DNA of 16,439 bases from Gemmatimonadota bacterium (GCA_039588275.1 JBDHAC010000071.1:1-16439), one strand, 5' to 3'; counted from the first letter of the stretch, positions 1-7,863 are shown. The notes: a model not told the origin generated them from the letters alone. Numbers and translations are program-made.

Positions 1-912
1 TTCCTCGAGCGCTCGGCTCAGCTCGGGCTGGCCGCGGCACTCACGCCCGGCGTGCTGGCGGGGTGCGACGCGTCGCCCCGCGCGGCCGACGCGGTGATGG
101 CCGGAGCTGACGGCGGACCGCAGGAGGCGGACTGGAGCGGGGTACGCTCCGAGCTGGATGAGAAGCTGACGCCGTACGAGAGCGTCACCACCTACAACAA
201 CTTCTACGAGTTCGGGACCGGAAAGGATGACCCGGCGAAGAACGCGGGGACGCTACGCCCCCGGCCGTGGTCGATCGCCGTCGAGGGCGAGGTCGCCCGA
301 CCCGCCGTCTACGACCTCGAGGACTTCGTGGCGACCCACAAGCTCGAGGATCGCGTCTATCGACTCCGCTGCGTGGAAGCCTGGTCGATGGTGATCCCCT
401 GGAGAGGCTTTCAGCTCTCGGAGCTCATCCGCAGGGTCGAGCCGACCGGAAACGCGCGGTATCTAGAGTTCACGACGCTTCTGGACATCGACCAAATGAC
501 TGGACAGCAACGGAATGTGCTCGACTGGCCGTACGTGGAGGGGCTTCGGTTGGACGAGGCCAACCACCCACTGACGCTCATGACGACCGGCGTGTACGGA
601 CGGGACCTGCCCAATCAGAACGGCGCGCCGCTCCGTCTGATCGTGCCCTGGAAGTACGGCTTCAAGAGCATCAAGTCGATCGTGAAGATCCGGTTCGTCG
701 AGGAGATGCCGGGTACGACCTGGGCTCTCGCCACGCCCAACGAGTACGGGTTCTACGCCAACGTGAACCCCGAAGTGGACCACCCGCGCTGGAGCCAGGG
801 GAGCGAGCGACGGTTGGGTGAGTTCCGGCGGCGCGAGACGTTGATGTTCAACGGATACGCGGACCAGGTGGGGCACATGTACTCCGACATGGATCTGCGC
901 CGCTTCTTCTAG
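1..912 (+). CDS. msrP: Protein-methionine-sulfoxide reductase catalytic molybdopterin subunit MsrP (YedY), 5'-truncated by the window edge
   Basis: Frame 1 is open from base 1 ([22 protein letters not shown]..., the tail of a Tat-like leader). Hallmark motifs [18 protein letters not shown] (Mo-ligand Cys), [52 protein letters not shown]. Followed by msrQ. Confidence 0.97.
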   Translation, partial: FLERSAQLGLAAALTPGVLAGCDASPRAADAVMAGADGGPQEADWSGVRSELDEKLTPYESVTTYNNFYEFGTGKDDPAKNAGTLRPRPWSIAVEGEVARPAVYDLEDFVATHKLEDRVYRLRCVEAWSMVIPWRGFQLSELIRRVEPTGNARYLEFTTLLDIDQMTGQQRNVLDWPYVEGLRLDEANHPLTLMTTGVYGRDLPNQNGAPLRLIVPWKYGFKSIKSIVKIRFVEEMPGTTWALATPNEYGFYANVNPEVDHPRWSQGSERRLGEFRRRETLMFNGYADQVGHMYSDMDLRRFF

Positions 913-922
913 GGGCGGCGTT

Positions 923-964
923 CGTTCTTGATGGGTCCGTTCTGATGCGGCCGTTCTCCTGATG
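923..964 (+). repeat. Three degenerate copies of CGTTCT(N0-3)GATG between msrP and msrQ
   Basis: CGTTCTTGATG (923-933), CGTTCTGATG (938-947), CGTTCTCCTGATG (952-964); the last ATG is the msrQ start. Confidence 0.7.
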
Positions 965-1621
965 CCGTCGTCCAAGAGGGTCTGGATCGCCGCAAAGACC
1001 GCGATCTGGGTCGCGGCGCTCATGCCGGCCGCCTGGCTGGCGTGGGACGGGGCGCGAGGGGGGCTCGGCGCTAACCCCATCGAGGCGATTATGCTCCGGA
1101 CCGGGTGGTGGGGGCTCGTGCTGCTGACGGTCACGCTGGCGATTACCCCGCTGCGCCGGCTGACGGGCTGGCATTCGATCGTGCGCGTGCGGCGACTGCT
1201 CGGCCTGTTCGCCTTCTTCTACATCTGCCTGCACCTCACCAACTATGTCGTCGTCGACCAGTGGTTCGACTTCCAGATGATCCTGGAGGACATCACGGAG
1301 CGGCCGTTCATCACGGTCGGGTTCACGGCGTGGCTCATGCTCCTGTCGCTCGCCATCACGTCCACGCGCGGGTGGATCCGCCGCCTGGGCCGGAAATGGC
1401 AGCGGCTGCACCGGCTCGTGTACGTGGCCGCAAGCCTGGGAGCGCTTCACTTCTTCTGGAAGGTGAAGGCCGACACGCGCGAGCCGCTGGTGTTCGTCGC
1501 GATCCTCGCGGTGCTGCTTCTGCTCAGGGTACCGGTGCTGCGCCGACTTCGCCTACCAATGCGATGGGGACGGCGGGCGACGAGTCCGGGACGACCCGAA
1601 GCCCGGCGCTCGACCGCTTGA
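962..1621 (+). CDS. msrQ: Heme-binding membrane subunit MsrQ (YedZ)
   Basis: Multiple TM helices; motifs LGANPIE, TLAITPLR, RRLLGLFAFFY..LH, RPFITVG, LAITS, WQRLHRLVY, LHFFW; directly downstream of msrP. Confidence 0.96.
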   Translation: MPSSKRVWIAAKTAIWVAALMPAAWLAWDGARGGLGANPIEAIMLRTGWWGLVLLTVTLAITPLRRLTGWHSIVRVRRLLGLFAFFYICLHLTNYVVVDQWFDFQMILEDITERPFITVGFTAWLMLLSLAITSTRGWIRRLGRKWQRLHRLVYVAASLGALHFFWKVKADTREPLVFVAILAVLLLLRVPVLRRLRLPMRWGRRATSPGRPEARRSTA

Positions 1622-1665
1622 TGGCCGCAGGTTCATAGGGACTCGCGCGCCTGGGGTGGAGCTGG

Positions 1666-2061
1666 TCAGGAAGAGTCCGGCACACCGAGGTCCTTCGCAG
1701 CCGCTGCCAGCCGCCGGTCAAGCGTGACCAACGGCGCGGAGAGGTGCCGCGCCAACCAGAGGTAGGCCGCGTCGTACGACGTCATGCCCGTTTCCTCGGC
1801 CAGTGTCGCCATGCCCTCCGTCGGCACCTGGATCTCGTCGATGCCGAGCCGTGCGAGCAACCGGAGCGCTTCACGGAGCCTGTTCAGTTGGCGGGGATAC
1901 CGACTGACCTTCTTTGTGTACACGTTCGCGAGCTCGTATCGGAGTAGCGTCGGTGCTGTGAGACTCATGTGGCCGAGCCGAGCGGCGACCGCATCCGCTT
2001 CCGGTTCGCCAAACAGAAGCCCCGCTGCAGCGGACGCGTCCAAGACTACTACGCCGGTCAA
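1666..2061 (-). CDS. vapC: PIN-domain toxin, type II TA VapC family
   Basis: 131 aa with PIN acidic residues in VVLDASA, LRYELAN, TSYDAAY, LVTLDRRL. The TTG start overlaps the antitoxin stop (TTGA, 2058-2061). Confidence 0.93.
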   Translation of the reverse strand: MTGVVVLDASAAAGLLFGEPEADAVAARLGHMSLTAPTLLRYELANVYTKKVSRYPRQLNRLREALRLLARLGIDEIQVPTEGMATLAEETGMTSYDAAYLWLARHLSAPLVTLDRRLAAAAKDLGVPDSS

Positions 2062-2291
2062 CGCTCTCGGTCGTGTCGAATATCCGTGGCGGCTTCCGGC
2101 TTGGTCGCCACCTTGAGCGCGCGAACCCTCTCGAGCACCTCGGCCGGTGTGAGCGCGCGGCGCTCCTCGAGTGCCTCCTCCAGAATCGCCATCAGCTCTC
2201 CCTGCATGGAGCGGTGCGACGCCACGGCTCGACGCCGCAAGCGCTCGGCGAGGTGATCGGGCACGTTCTTGATCGACAAGTTGACCGGCAC
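2058..2291 (-). CDS. Ribbon-helix-helix antitoxin (FitA/Arc-like VapB)
   Basis: MPVNLSIKNVPDHLAERLRRRAVASHRSMQGEL is a typical FitA-like RHH N-terminus. GTG at 2291 has GAGG 5 nt upstream (the ORF track starts at 2297). Lies upstream of and overlaps vapC. Confidence 0.9.
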   Translation of the reverse strand: MPVNLSIKNVPDHLAERLRRRAVASHRSMQGELMAILEEALEERRALTPAEVLERVRALKVATKPEAATDIRHDRER

Positions 2292-2371
2292 CGTCACCTC
2301 TTCGTCATCACCGGGTCGCTAGCCAACACCTGCTTAGCTCCGAGGCCTCCCCCCGGAAGTATCGCGAGCCA

Positions 2372-2407
2372 TGAGCGGAGCCATTATGCCTCCATAATAG
2401 AACCACG
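2372..2407 (-). promoter_or_regulatory. Candidate TA promoter/operator region
   Basis: AT-richer patch with inverted repeats ATTATG-N4-CATAAT (2383-2398) and GGAGCCAT-T-ATGCCTCC (2377-2393). The minus strand has -10-like TATTAT and CATAAT, but no good -35. Confidence 0.5.
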
Positions 2408-2467
2408 CATGGACCCGGGGAAGTGGCGGTGCGAAACGGAACCGATTCGGAGACCTGCATGTTCGTC

Positions 2468-3148
2468 TCACTTCGAGTCGCTCTCCCGCACCTCGTTGAA
2501 GTCCTTCATCGGTACGATGAGTGCGGCGAGAGGCCCTCCCACGTGCTCGAAGGTGCAGATGTGCTCGCACCCGGGCGGTGGCGACCCGATCGCTTCCGCG
2601 GTGGCGTAGGGGATGTAGATCATAAGGTGAGGCACGAAGCGTCCGGTGTTCGTGCCGAGTAGCTGCTCCCCCGAGAGCATGTATGACATCGCCACCCCCT
2701 GCGGCGCGTGCAGCTTGCCGGTCCCGATGTCGCGCTCGATGGCGACCTGGATCTCTCCGATCGAGGCGCCCCCTAGCGCCAGCTCGGTGCGTCGCATGTA
2801 ATCGCCCATTATCGTGCGCGCCGCTTCGGCATTGTAGCAGATCGGGGCGCGTAGCCTCGGGTTGTAGAAATCGATGTGGGGACCGATCGGGCTGCTCCAC
2901 GAGCGCTCCACCAGGCATGTGAAGCTGTTGCCGCCGGCCACGGCTTCGTGATAGCCGTCCGGCCGGAGCACGAGAACGCGGGCATCGCTCGCCACGTGCT
3001 CGGGCGCTGCGCTGCGGGCGAGCGCGATCTCGTATGCCTCGTCCATCAGGTACGCTTCCAGCGATTCCATGCGCGTGTCCCAGCCCTGGCCGAACGCGGA
3101 CGCGGGGAACAGCGCGAGCAAGAGTGAGGGTTTGATCACGGCTCTCAT
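2468..3148 (-). CDS. Secreted hypothetical protein (226 aa)
   Basis: ATG at 3148 with GGAGG RBS (3154-3158). Sec-type signal MRAVIKPSLLLALFPASAFG. Globular body (EIALARSAAP, FTCLVERSW, PICYN, MSYMLS, PHLM). The longer 3307 start would overlap the SRPBCC gene. Confidence 0.82.
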   Translation of the reverse strand: MRAVIKPSLLLALFPASAFGQGWDTRMESLEAYLMDEAYEIALARSAAPEHVASDARVLVLRPDGYHEAVAGGNSFTCLVERSWSSPIGPHIDFYNPRLRAPICYNAEAARTIMGDYMRRTELALGGASIGEIQVAIERDIGTGKLHAPQGVAMSYMLSGEQLLGTNTGRFVPHLMIYIPYATAEAIGSPPPGCEHICTFEHVGGPLAALIVPMKDFNEVRESDSK

Positions 3149-3251
3149 CGGATCCTCCATCCAAGCTTGCGACGCGTGGTGCCGACCCACCTTGTGGAGC
3201 TTCCAACGGCGGGGCGGTCCCGATTCAGAGTCACCTGCTGGCGAGCTCGGG

Positions 3252-3695
3252 TCACTTGACGAACAGGCCCTCGAGACGATTGAGACAGCTCGTCCAGCCC
3301 TCCTCATGGGCGGATGTGGCCTCGGCGGCCGGGAACAGCTCGTGGATCAACACGACCTCGGTCGATCCGTCGAGATCGTTGAACTCCACGGTCACGAGCG
3401 TCTCGCCGACGGCGTGGTCCTTCTCCTCCCATTCCCACGTGTAGACGAGGCGGTGCGGACGAGCGATCTCGCGATAGACGCCCACCGCCGTGTGGATCTG
3501 GCCCTCAGACCCGTGCATCCGGATGCGGTACTTCCCGCCGACCCGCAGATCGACGTGCGCGTCCTCGACCGTCGATCCTTCGGGACACGACCACCGCTTG
3601 AGCTGCTCCGGCTCTGTCCAGGCCCGAAACACGCTATCGGGATCTCCCTGGATGACCCGCGAAACACGCAACGAGGTGTCCATCTTGGTGCTCAT
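3252..3695 (-). CDS. SRPBCC (AHA1/CalC-like START-fold) ligand-binding protein
   Basis: VFRAWTEPEQLKRW, DLRVGGKYRIRM, GVYREI..P.RLVYTWEW, TLVTVEF, HEEGWTSCL.RL. ATG at 3695 overlaps the ArsR stop (ATGA). Confidence 0.92.
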   Translation of the reverse strand: MSTKMDTSLRVSRVIQGDPDSVFRAWTEPEQLKRWSCPEGSTVEDAHVDLRVGGKYRIRMHGSEGQIHTAVGVYREIARPHRLVYTWEWEEKDHAVGETLVTVEFNDLDGSTEVVLIHELFPAAEATSAHEEGWTSCLNRLEGLFVK

Positions 3696-4045
3696 GACTT
3701 GTCCTTGCTCTCTTTCGTTGGCTTCTCGTGCTCGAGATAGCGCTTGAGCTGATCGAGCTGTGTCTCCCAGAACTCTCGGTAGCGTTCGACCCAATCGGCT
3801 GCGTCCCGCATCGGCCCCGCTTCCAGCTCGCAGCGGCTCATCCGTCCTTCCGGCGTGCGCCGAACGAGCCCGGCGCGCTCGAGCACGCGGAGATGTTTCG
3901 AGATCGCCGGACGCGAAACGTCGAATGGTTCGGCCAGCTGGCCGACCGTTGCCTCTCCTTCCGCGAGACGGGTCAGGATGGAGCGTCGCGTGGAGTCGGC
4001 GAGCGCGCCGAAGACGAGATCTAGTTCGGGAGTATTGGTAACCAT
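3692..4045 (-). CDS. ArsR/SmtB-family transcriptional regulator
   Basis: LDLVFGALADSTRRSIL.RL, TVGQLAEPFDVSRPAISKHLRVLERAGLV wHTH; C-terminal W...Y..FW..LDQL typical of SRPBCC-linked ArsRs. Confidence 0.95.
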   Translation of the reverse strand: MVTNTPELDLVFGALADSTRRSILTRLAEGEATVGQLAEPFDVSRPAISKHLRVLERAGLVRRTPEGRMSRCELEAGPMRDAADWVERYREFWETQLDQLKRYLEHEKPTKESKDKS

Positions 4046-4055
4046 ATGGTTACCA
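4036..4055. promoter_or_regulatory. Perfect 20-bp palindrome, probable ArsR autoregulatory operator
   Basis: TGGTAACCAT|ATGGTTACCA is exactly self-complementary and covers the ArsR ATG (4043-4045). Confidence 0.85.
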
Positions 4056-4083
4056 TTATGCGTTGAGGGGTCCTACCCGTCAA
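4055..4083 (-). promoter_or_regulatory. Sigma70-type promoter of the arsR-SRPBCC operon
   Basis: Minus strand: TTGACG (4083-4078), 17-nt spacer, CATAAT (4060-4055); the ATG follows after 9 nt. Confidence 0.8.
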
Positions 4084-4134
4084 GCCTCGAATCGACACCT
4101 CGGCAGGCCTCCCGGGTGACCCACCTCGCCGAAG

Positions 4135-6771
4135 CTACTCCGCGCGGAACGCCTCCACGGGATCGACGCTCGCCGCCCGTCGGGCCGGAAGCAGGCAAGC
4201 GACCGCCGTGACCACCCCCAGGAAGACCGCCACGAGGCCATAGGTCGCCGGGTCCATGTTGCCGACGCTGTACAGCATCCCTTGCATGAACCTCCCCGCC
4301 GCCAGAGACAACGGGATTGCCACGGCCAGACCCAGGCTCGCCAGCACTAGTCCCCGGCGGAGGATCCCGGAGGCGACGCTCCACACCGTCGCCCCCAGCG
4401 CCATGCGGACGCCGATCTCATGGAACCTCCGCGAGACGTCGTAGGCCAATAGGCCATACAGCCCGACGGCCGAGAGCAGCAGCGCCACACCCGCGAAGGC
4501 CATGAGCACCGTCATGACGGAGCGACGGTCGGAGATCGACGCTGCGAGCACATCCTCCATCATCGCGGCCCCTGTGAGCGGTACGTTCGGATCGAGCGAG
4601 GCGGTGATGGAACGCAACGGCGGAAGGAGACCAGTGGTCTCTTCCTGAGTGCGAATGGCGAGCCGCATCCCGGACGGCGACCGCTGCACGTACGAGAAGT
4701 ACATGGTGTAATCCGTGCCGGATGCGAGGCTGGAGGGCACGACGTCGCCTACGACACCCACGACCTCCGCCGTCCACGGTTCGTCTTCCCCGACATCGAT
4801 CCCGAGCATGCGTCCCACCGCGTTGTCATCGGGAAACAACTCCGCCGCCAGCGATGCGCTGATGATCATGACGGGTGGGGAGTCTCGATCGTCGCTGAGC
4901 GCGACGTCTCGACCCGAGAACAGGGGAATCCCCATCGCGTCGAAGTACCCGGGTAGCACCATCCGCTGGTACGCGAGCCGGTTGAACACGCCCTCGCTTC
5001 CCCATTCTCCCGGAGGCGCCACTCGCACGTTGCCTCCCCCATCGCGGATGGGGAGACGGTTGATCAGGCCCGCAGCGGCCACGCCGGGGATCGCGGAAGC
5101 TCGCTCCTGCAGCTGGGAGTAGAACTGGGCACGTCGAGCCATGTCCTGGTACTCGCCGGCCGGGAGGGCGACCTCGACCGTGAAGAGCCCCTCGGCATCG
5201 AAGCCCGGGTCGACGCGCTGCAACTGATTGAAGCTACGCAGCAGTAGACCCGAGACGATCAGGAGGACAGATGTGAGCGCCACCTGCACCAGGACCATGG
5301 AGCTCTGGACCCGCGTGCCCCGCCGGCTTCCCGCCGTCCGTGTTCCACTCCTGAGAGCCGCCACGGGCTCTGAGCGCGCGGTCCGGATCGCCGGGATCAC
5401 GCCGAACAGCCCCACCGTCAGGGCCGTCAGGAGAAGCGCGACCCCCAGCATGTTGGCAGACAGACCCACCTGCACCGGTCCGACCCCGTCAACCGACAGG
5501 AACAGGAGGATGGCCTTCTGCAGCCACGCCGCGAGCGCGGTTCCGAGGAGGGCCGCCCCCAGGGCGAGCAGACCGTTCTCGGTGAGGAGCTGACGGGCGA
5601 GACGGCCGGGGCTCGCGCCCATGACCGACCGGACGGCCACCTCCGAGCGCCGCGCGGTACCCCGGACCACCAGGAGACCGGCGACGTTCGCGCACGCCAC
5701 CAACAGGAGAAGCGCCACGGCGGACAGCAGAAGCGCCAGCGTGCCGCGGTACCCCTCATTCAGGGCCTCACGAAGCGGTGTGAGGTTGAGGCCCTTGCGT
5801 CGGTTGGTGTCGGGATAGGCGTCAGCGAGCTGGTGCGAGATGACATCCACCTCGGCCTGTGCGCCGGCGAGCTGTGTCCCGGGCCCGAGGCGTCCGACGA
5901 GCACGAAGTTGTGGAACTGGCGCGCGGACGCCCAATTCTCGCCTCGCTTGATCGGCCGCCACACGTCCGCGTCGACGATTAGCCGGAGGCCCGGAGGCAT
6001 GACTCCGATCACCGCGTATGGAGTCCCATCCACGTTGATCGCCGTCCCGACCACGTCGCGATCGCCGCCGAACCTCCGCTGCCAGTAGGCATGCGACAGG
6101 ATCACGACATCGGGGCCACCCGGCTCTCCCTCGTCGGACGCGAAATGCCGGCCCACCAGGGGATCGATGCGCAGCGTCTTGAAGAAGCCCGTCGAGACGA
6201 GGGGGGCCGACACACGTTCGGGGGCCCCGGCACCCGTGATGGTCACCCGGACCGGATACGGCGTCAGTGCGGACAGCCCGGCCATGGTGCGGGCTTGGTC
6301 CCGGTAATCGAAGAAGTCCGGGCCGGACACGGTGTACCCGACCTCTTCCTCGTAGGTCACCCGCCCGAGCACGAGCTCATCCGGCTCGGGATAGGGGAGC
6401 GATCGGAACCACACGACGTCGAGCACCCCGAACATGGCGAGGTTCCCGCCGATACCGATCCCGAGGGTGAGGACCACGGCGAGCACGAATCCCGGCTGCT
6501 TCGGGAGGGATCGGAGCGCGAGCCGGCCGTCGCGTGCCACATCGCCGAGCACTCGCGCGATCCTCCGCACGTCCCGCACCTCATCCTTCACGCCCTCGAC
6601 TCTCCCGAACGCGGCCAGCGCGCGCTGCCTGGCCTCCCTGGCCGGCATACCGCGGCGGATGTTCTCCTCGATCTCCATCTCGAGATGAAAGCGGATCTCG
6701 TCATCGATTTCGGCCTCATCTTCTCTCCGCAACAGATGTGAGATGCGGCGTATGGGGTCTAGCCAGTTCAT
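4135..6771 (-). CDS. ADOP-type duplicated orphan ABC permease (two MacB-periplasmic/FtsX repeats), 878 aa
   Basis: N-terminal prefix EIDDEIRFHLEME..RRGM..EAR..AL..FG; TLGIGIGGN; LLVACANVAGL; EVAVR..MGA; EIGVRMALGA; PARRAASVDP. ATG 6771 (MNWLD) is preferred because the 6867 start lies inside padR. Confidence 0.93.
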   Translation of the reverse strand: MNWLDPIRRISHLLRREDEAEIDDEIRFHLEMEIEENIRRGMPAREARQRALAAFGRVEGVKDEVRDVRRIARVLGDVARDGRLALRSLPKQPGFVLAVVLTLGIGIGGNLAMFGVLDVVWFRSLPYPEPDELVLGRVTYEEEVGYTVSGPDFFDYRDQARTMAGLSALTPYPVRVTITGAGAPERVSAPLVSTGFFKTLRIDPLVGRHFASDEGEPGGPDVVILSHAYWQRRFGGDRDVVGTAINVDGTPYAVIGVMPPGLRLIVDADVWRPIKRGENWASARQFHNFVLVGRLGPGTQLAGAQAEVDVISHQLADAYPDTNRRKGLNLTPLREALNEGYRGTLALLLSAVALLLLVACANVAGLLVVRGTARRSEVAVRSVMGASPGRLARQLLTENGLLALGAALLGTALAAWLQKAILLFLSVDGVGPVQVGLSANMLGVALLLTALTVGLFGVIPAIRTARSEPVAALRSGTRTAGSRRGTRVQSSMVLVQVALTSVLLIVSGLLLRSFNQLQRVDPGFDAEGLFTVEVALPAGEYQDMARRAQFYSQLQERASAIPGVAAAGLINRLPIRDGGGNVRVAPPGEWGSEGVFNRLAYQRMVLPGYFDAMGIPLFSGRDVALSDDRDSPPVMIISASLAAELFPDDNAVGRMLGIDVGEDEPWTAEVVGVVGDVVPSSLASGTDYTMYFSYVQRSPSGMRLAIRTQEETTGLLPPLRSITASLDPNVPLTGAAMMEDVLAASISDRRSVMTVLMAFAGVALLLSAVGLYGLLAYDVSRRFHEIGVRMALGATVWSVASGILRRGLVLASLGLAVAIPLSLAAGRFMQGMLYSVGNMDPATYGLVAVFLGVVTAVACLLPARRAASVDPVEAFRAE

Positions 6772-6802
6772 CGATGAGTCCCTGCGTAGGAGGCCGGTCT
6801 CG

Positions 6803-7126
6803 TCATGTCGCCAGGATCGCTTCGACCGCTCCCGAGAACCTTCGCCAGGATTGCCGCTCATTCTCAAGCGCCTTCCGTCCCCTCGAGGTGAGGTGATAGA
6901 CCTTGATCCGGCGTCCTTCGTCCGAAACCGCCCACTCGGACTCGATGAGTCCGCGATCGCGCATCCGGTACAGCGCCGGGTAGAGCGAGCCCTGGTTCAC
7001 CTCGAGCACGTTTCGGGACCACAACTGGATCCGCTTGGAGACGGCCCAGCCGTGCAGAGCCTCCGTCTCGAGCGTCTTGAGGATGAGCAGGTCCAGGGAT
7101 CCCTGAAGCAGGTCTGACCGAGCCAT
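6803..7126 (-). CDS. PadR-family transcriptional regulator (ADOP-associated type)
   Basis: DLLQGSLDLLILKTL, LHGWAVS..I, VNQGSLYPALYRM, W..S..GRR.K.Y.LT..GRK.L; GGGAG RBS at 7136-7140; upstream of the ADOP permease. Confidence 0.95.
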   Translation of the reverse strand: MARSDLLQGSLDLLILKTLETEALHGWAVSKRIQLWSRNVLEVNQGSLYPALYRMRDRGLIESEWAVSDEGRRIKVYHLTSRGRKALENERQSWRRFSGAVEAILAT

Positions 7127-7143
7127 TGATCGAAGCTCCCTGT

Positions 7144-7175
7144 TGTCGAGTGTCTAGGTATTATGACGCTCGACA
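7144..7175. promoter_or_regulatory. Inverted repeat around a -10-like element, candidate PadR operator
   Basis: TGTCGAGTGTC (7144-7154), N10, GACGCTCGACA (7165-7175), 10/11 complementary; minus-strand CATAAT at 7165-7160. Confidence 0.6.
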
Positions 7176-7332
7176 GCCGGAAAAGGTTTTCAACCCGAGT
7201 TGGAGGGGACTCGGTGAGTCAGGATCTCGTGGCCGGGCTGTGAAGGATTCGCACTTCTCTTGCACACGCTGGGCAACCGCCGACAGGTTGGCGCACCCTC
7301 AGACAGAAGTTTCTTGCCACAGGAGGAAAAGC

Positions 7333-7815
7333 ATGACCAAGGCGTTGCTCACGATGGCCGTCGCCGCTTTGCTCGCGGTGCCGGGTTCGGCGCGTGCCCA
7401 GCAGTCGACCAGCCAGCAAGAGGTCAGACAAACGATTCGGGACGCGTACACCTACTCGAAGGACAACCTGGCGGATCCTCCGGACACCTACTCGGCGGAT
7501 GGGGCCCTGGAATTCTGGTCGAGCGGCGGCTTGATGCAGGTCGTCCCTCCCGACGCGCCCCGGAACACGTACGACTCGTTCAGCCTCACCCCGAAGCACA
7601 TCCGCGTGACGATGCTCGCGGATGAGCAGGTAGCCGTTGCGAATTTCTACGCCGAGGGAGCGTTCAAGGTGACGGGTCAACCCGCGGTGACGGACTACAT
7701 GACGAGAGTCACCCAGGTCTTCGTCCAGGAGAACGGCGGCTGGAAGGTGCGCTCCTCGCACTTCTCGCCGATCATGGGCGGATCCGGTACTCCACAGCGA
7801 GCCCTGGAGAACTGA
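7333..7815 (+). CDS. Secreted NTF2/SnoaL-like (DUF4440-like) protein, 160 aa
   Basis: AGGAGG RBS at 7321-7326; signal peptide MTKALLTMAVAALLAVPGSARA; C-terminal TRVTQVFVQENGGWKVRSSHFS typical of NTF2-like folds. Confidence 0.82.
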   Translation: MTKALLTMAVAALLAVPGSARAQQSTSQQEVRQTIRDAYTYSKDNLADPPDTYSADGALEFWSSGGLMQVVPPDAPRNTYDSFSLTPKHIRVTMLADEQVAVANFYAEGAFKVTGQPAVTDYMTRVTQVFVQENGGWKVRSSHFSPIMGGSGTPQRALEN

Positions 7816-7863
7816 GGCGAGACGGCCGGACCGGTCGCAGTCGGACCGATGCCTGCGATTTCG

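Noticed and set aside
6772..6867. N-terminal extension of the 910-aa permease ORF
   Set aside because: Mostly overlaps padR in another frame; family-like sequence begins at MNWLD (6771).
7126..7332. Extension of the 229-aa ORF upstream of 7333
   Set aside because: Covers the padR promoter; a strong AGGAGG and a signal peptide point to ATG7333.
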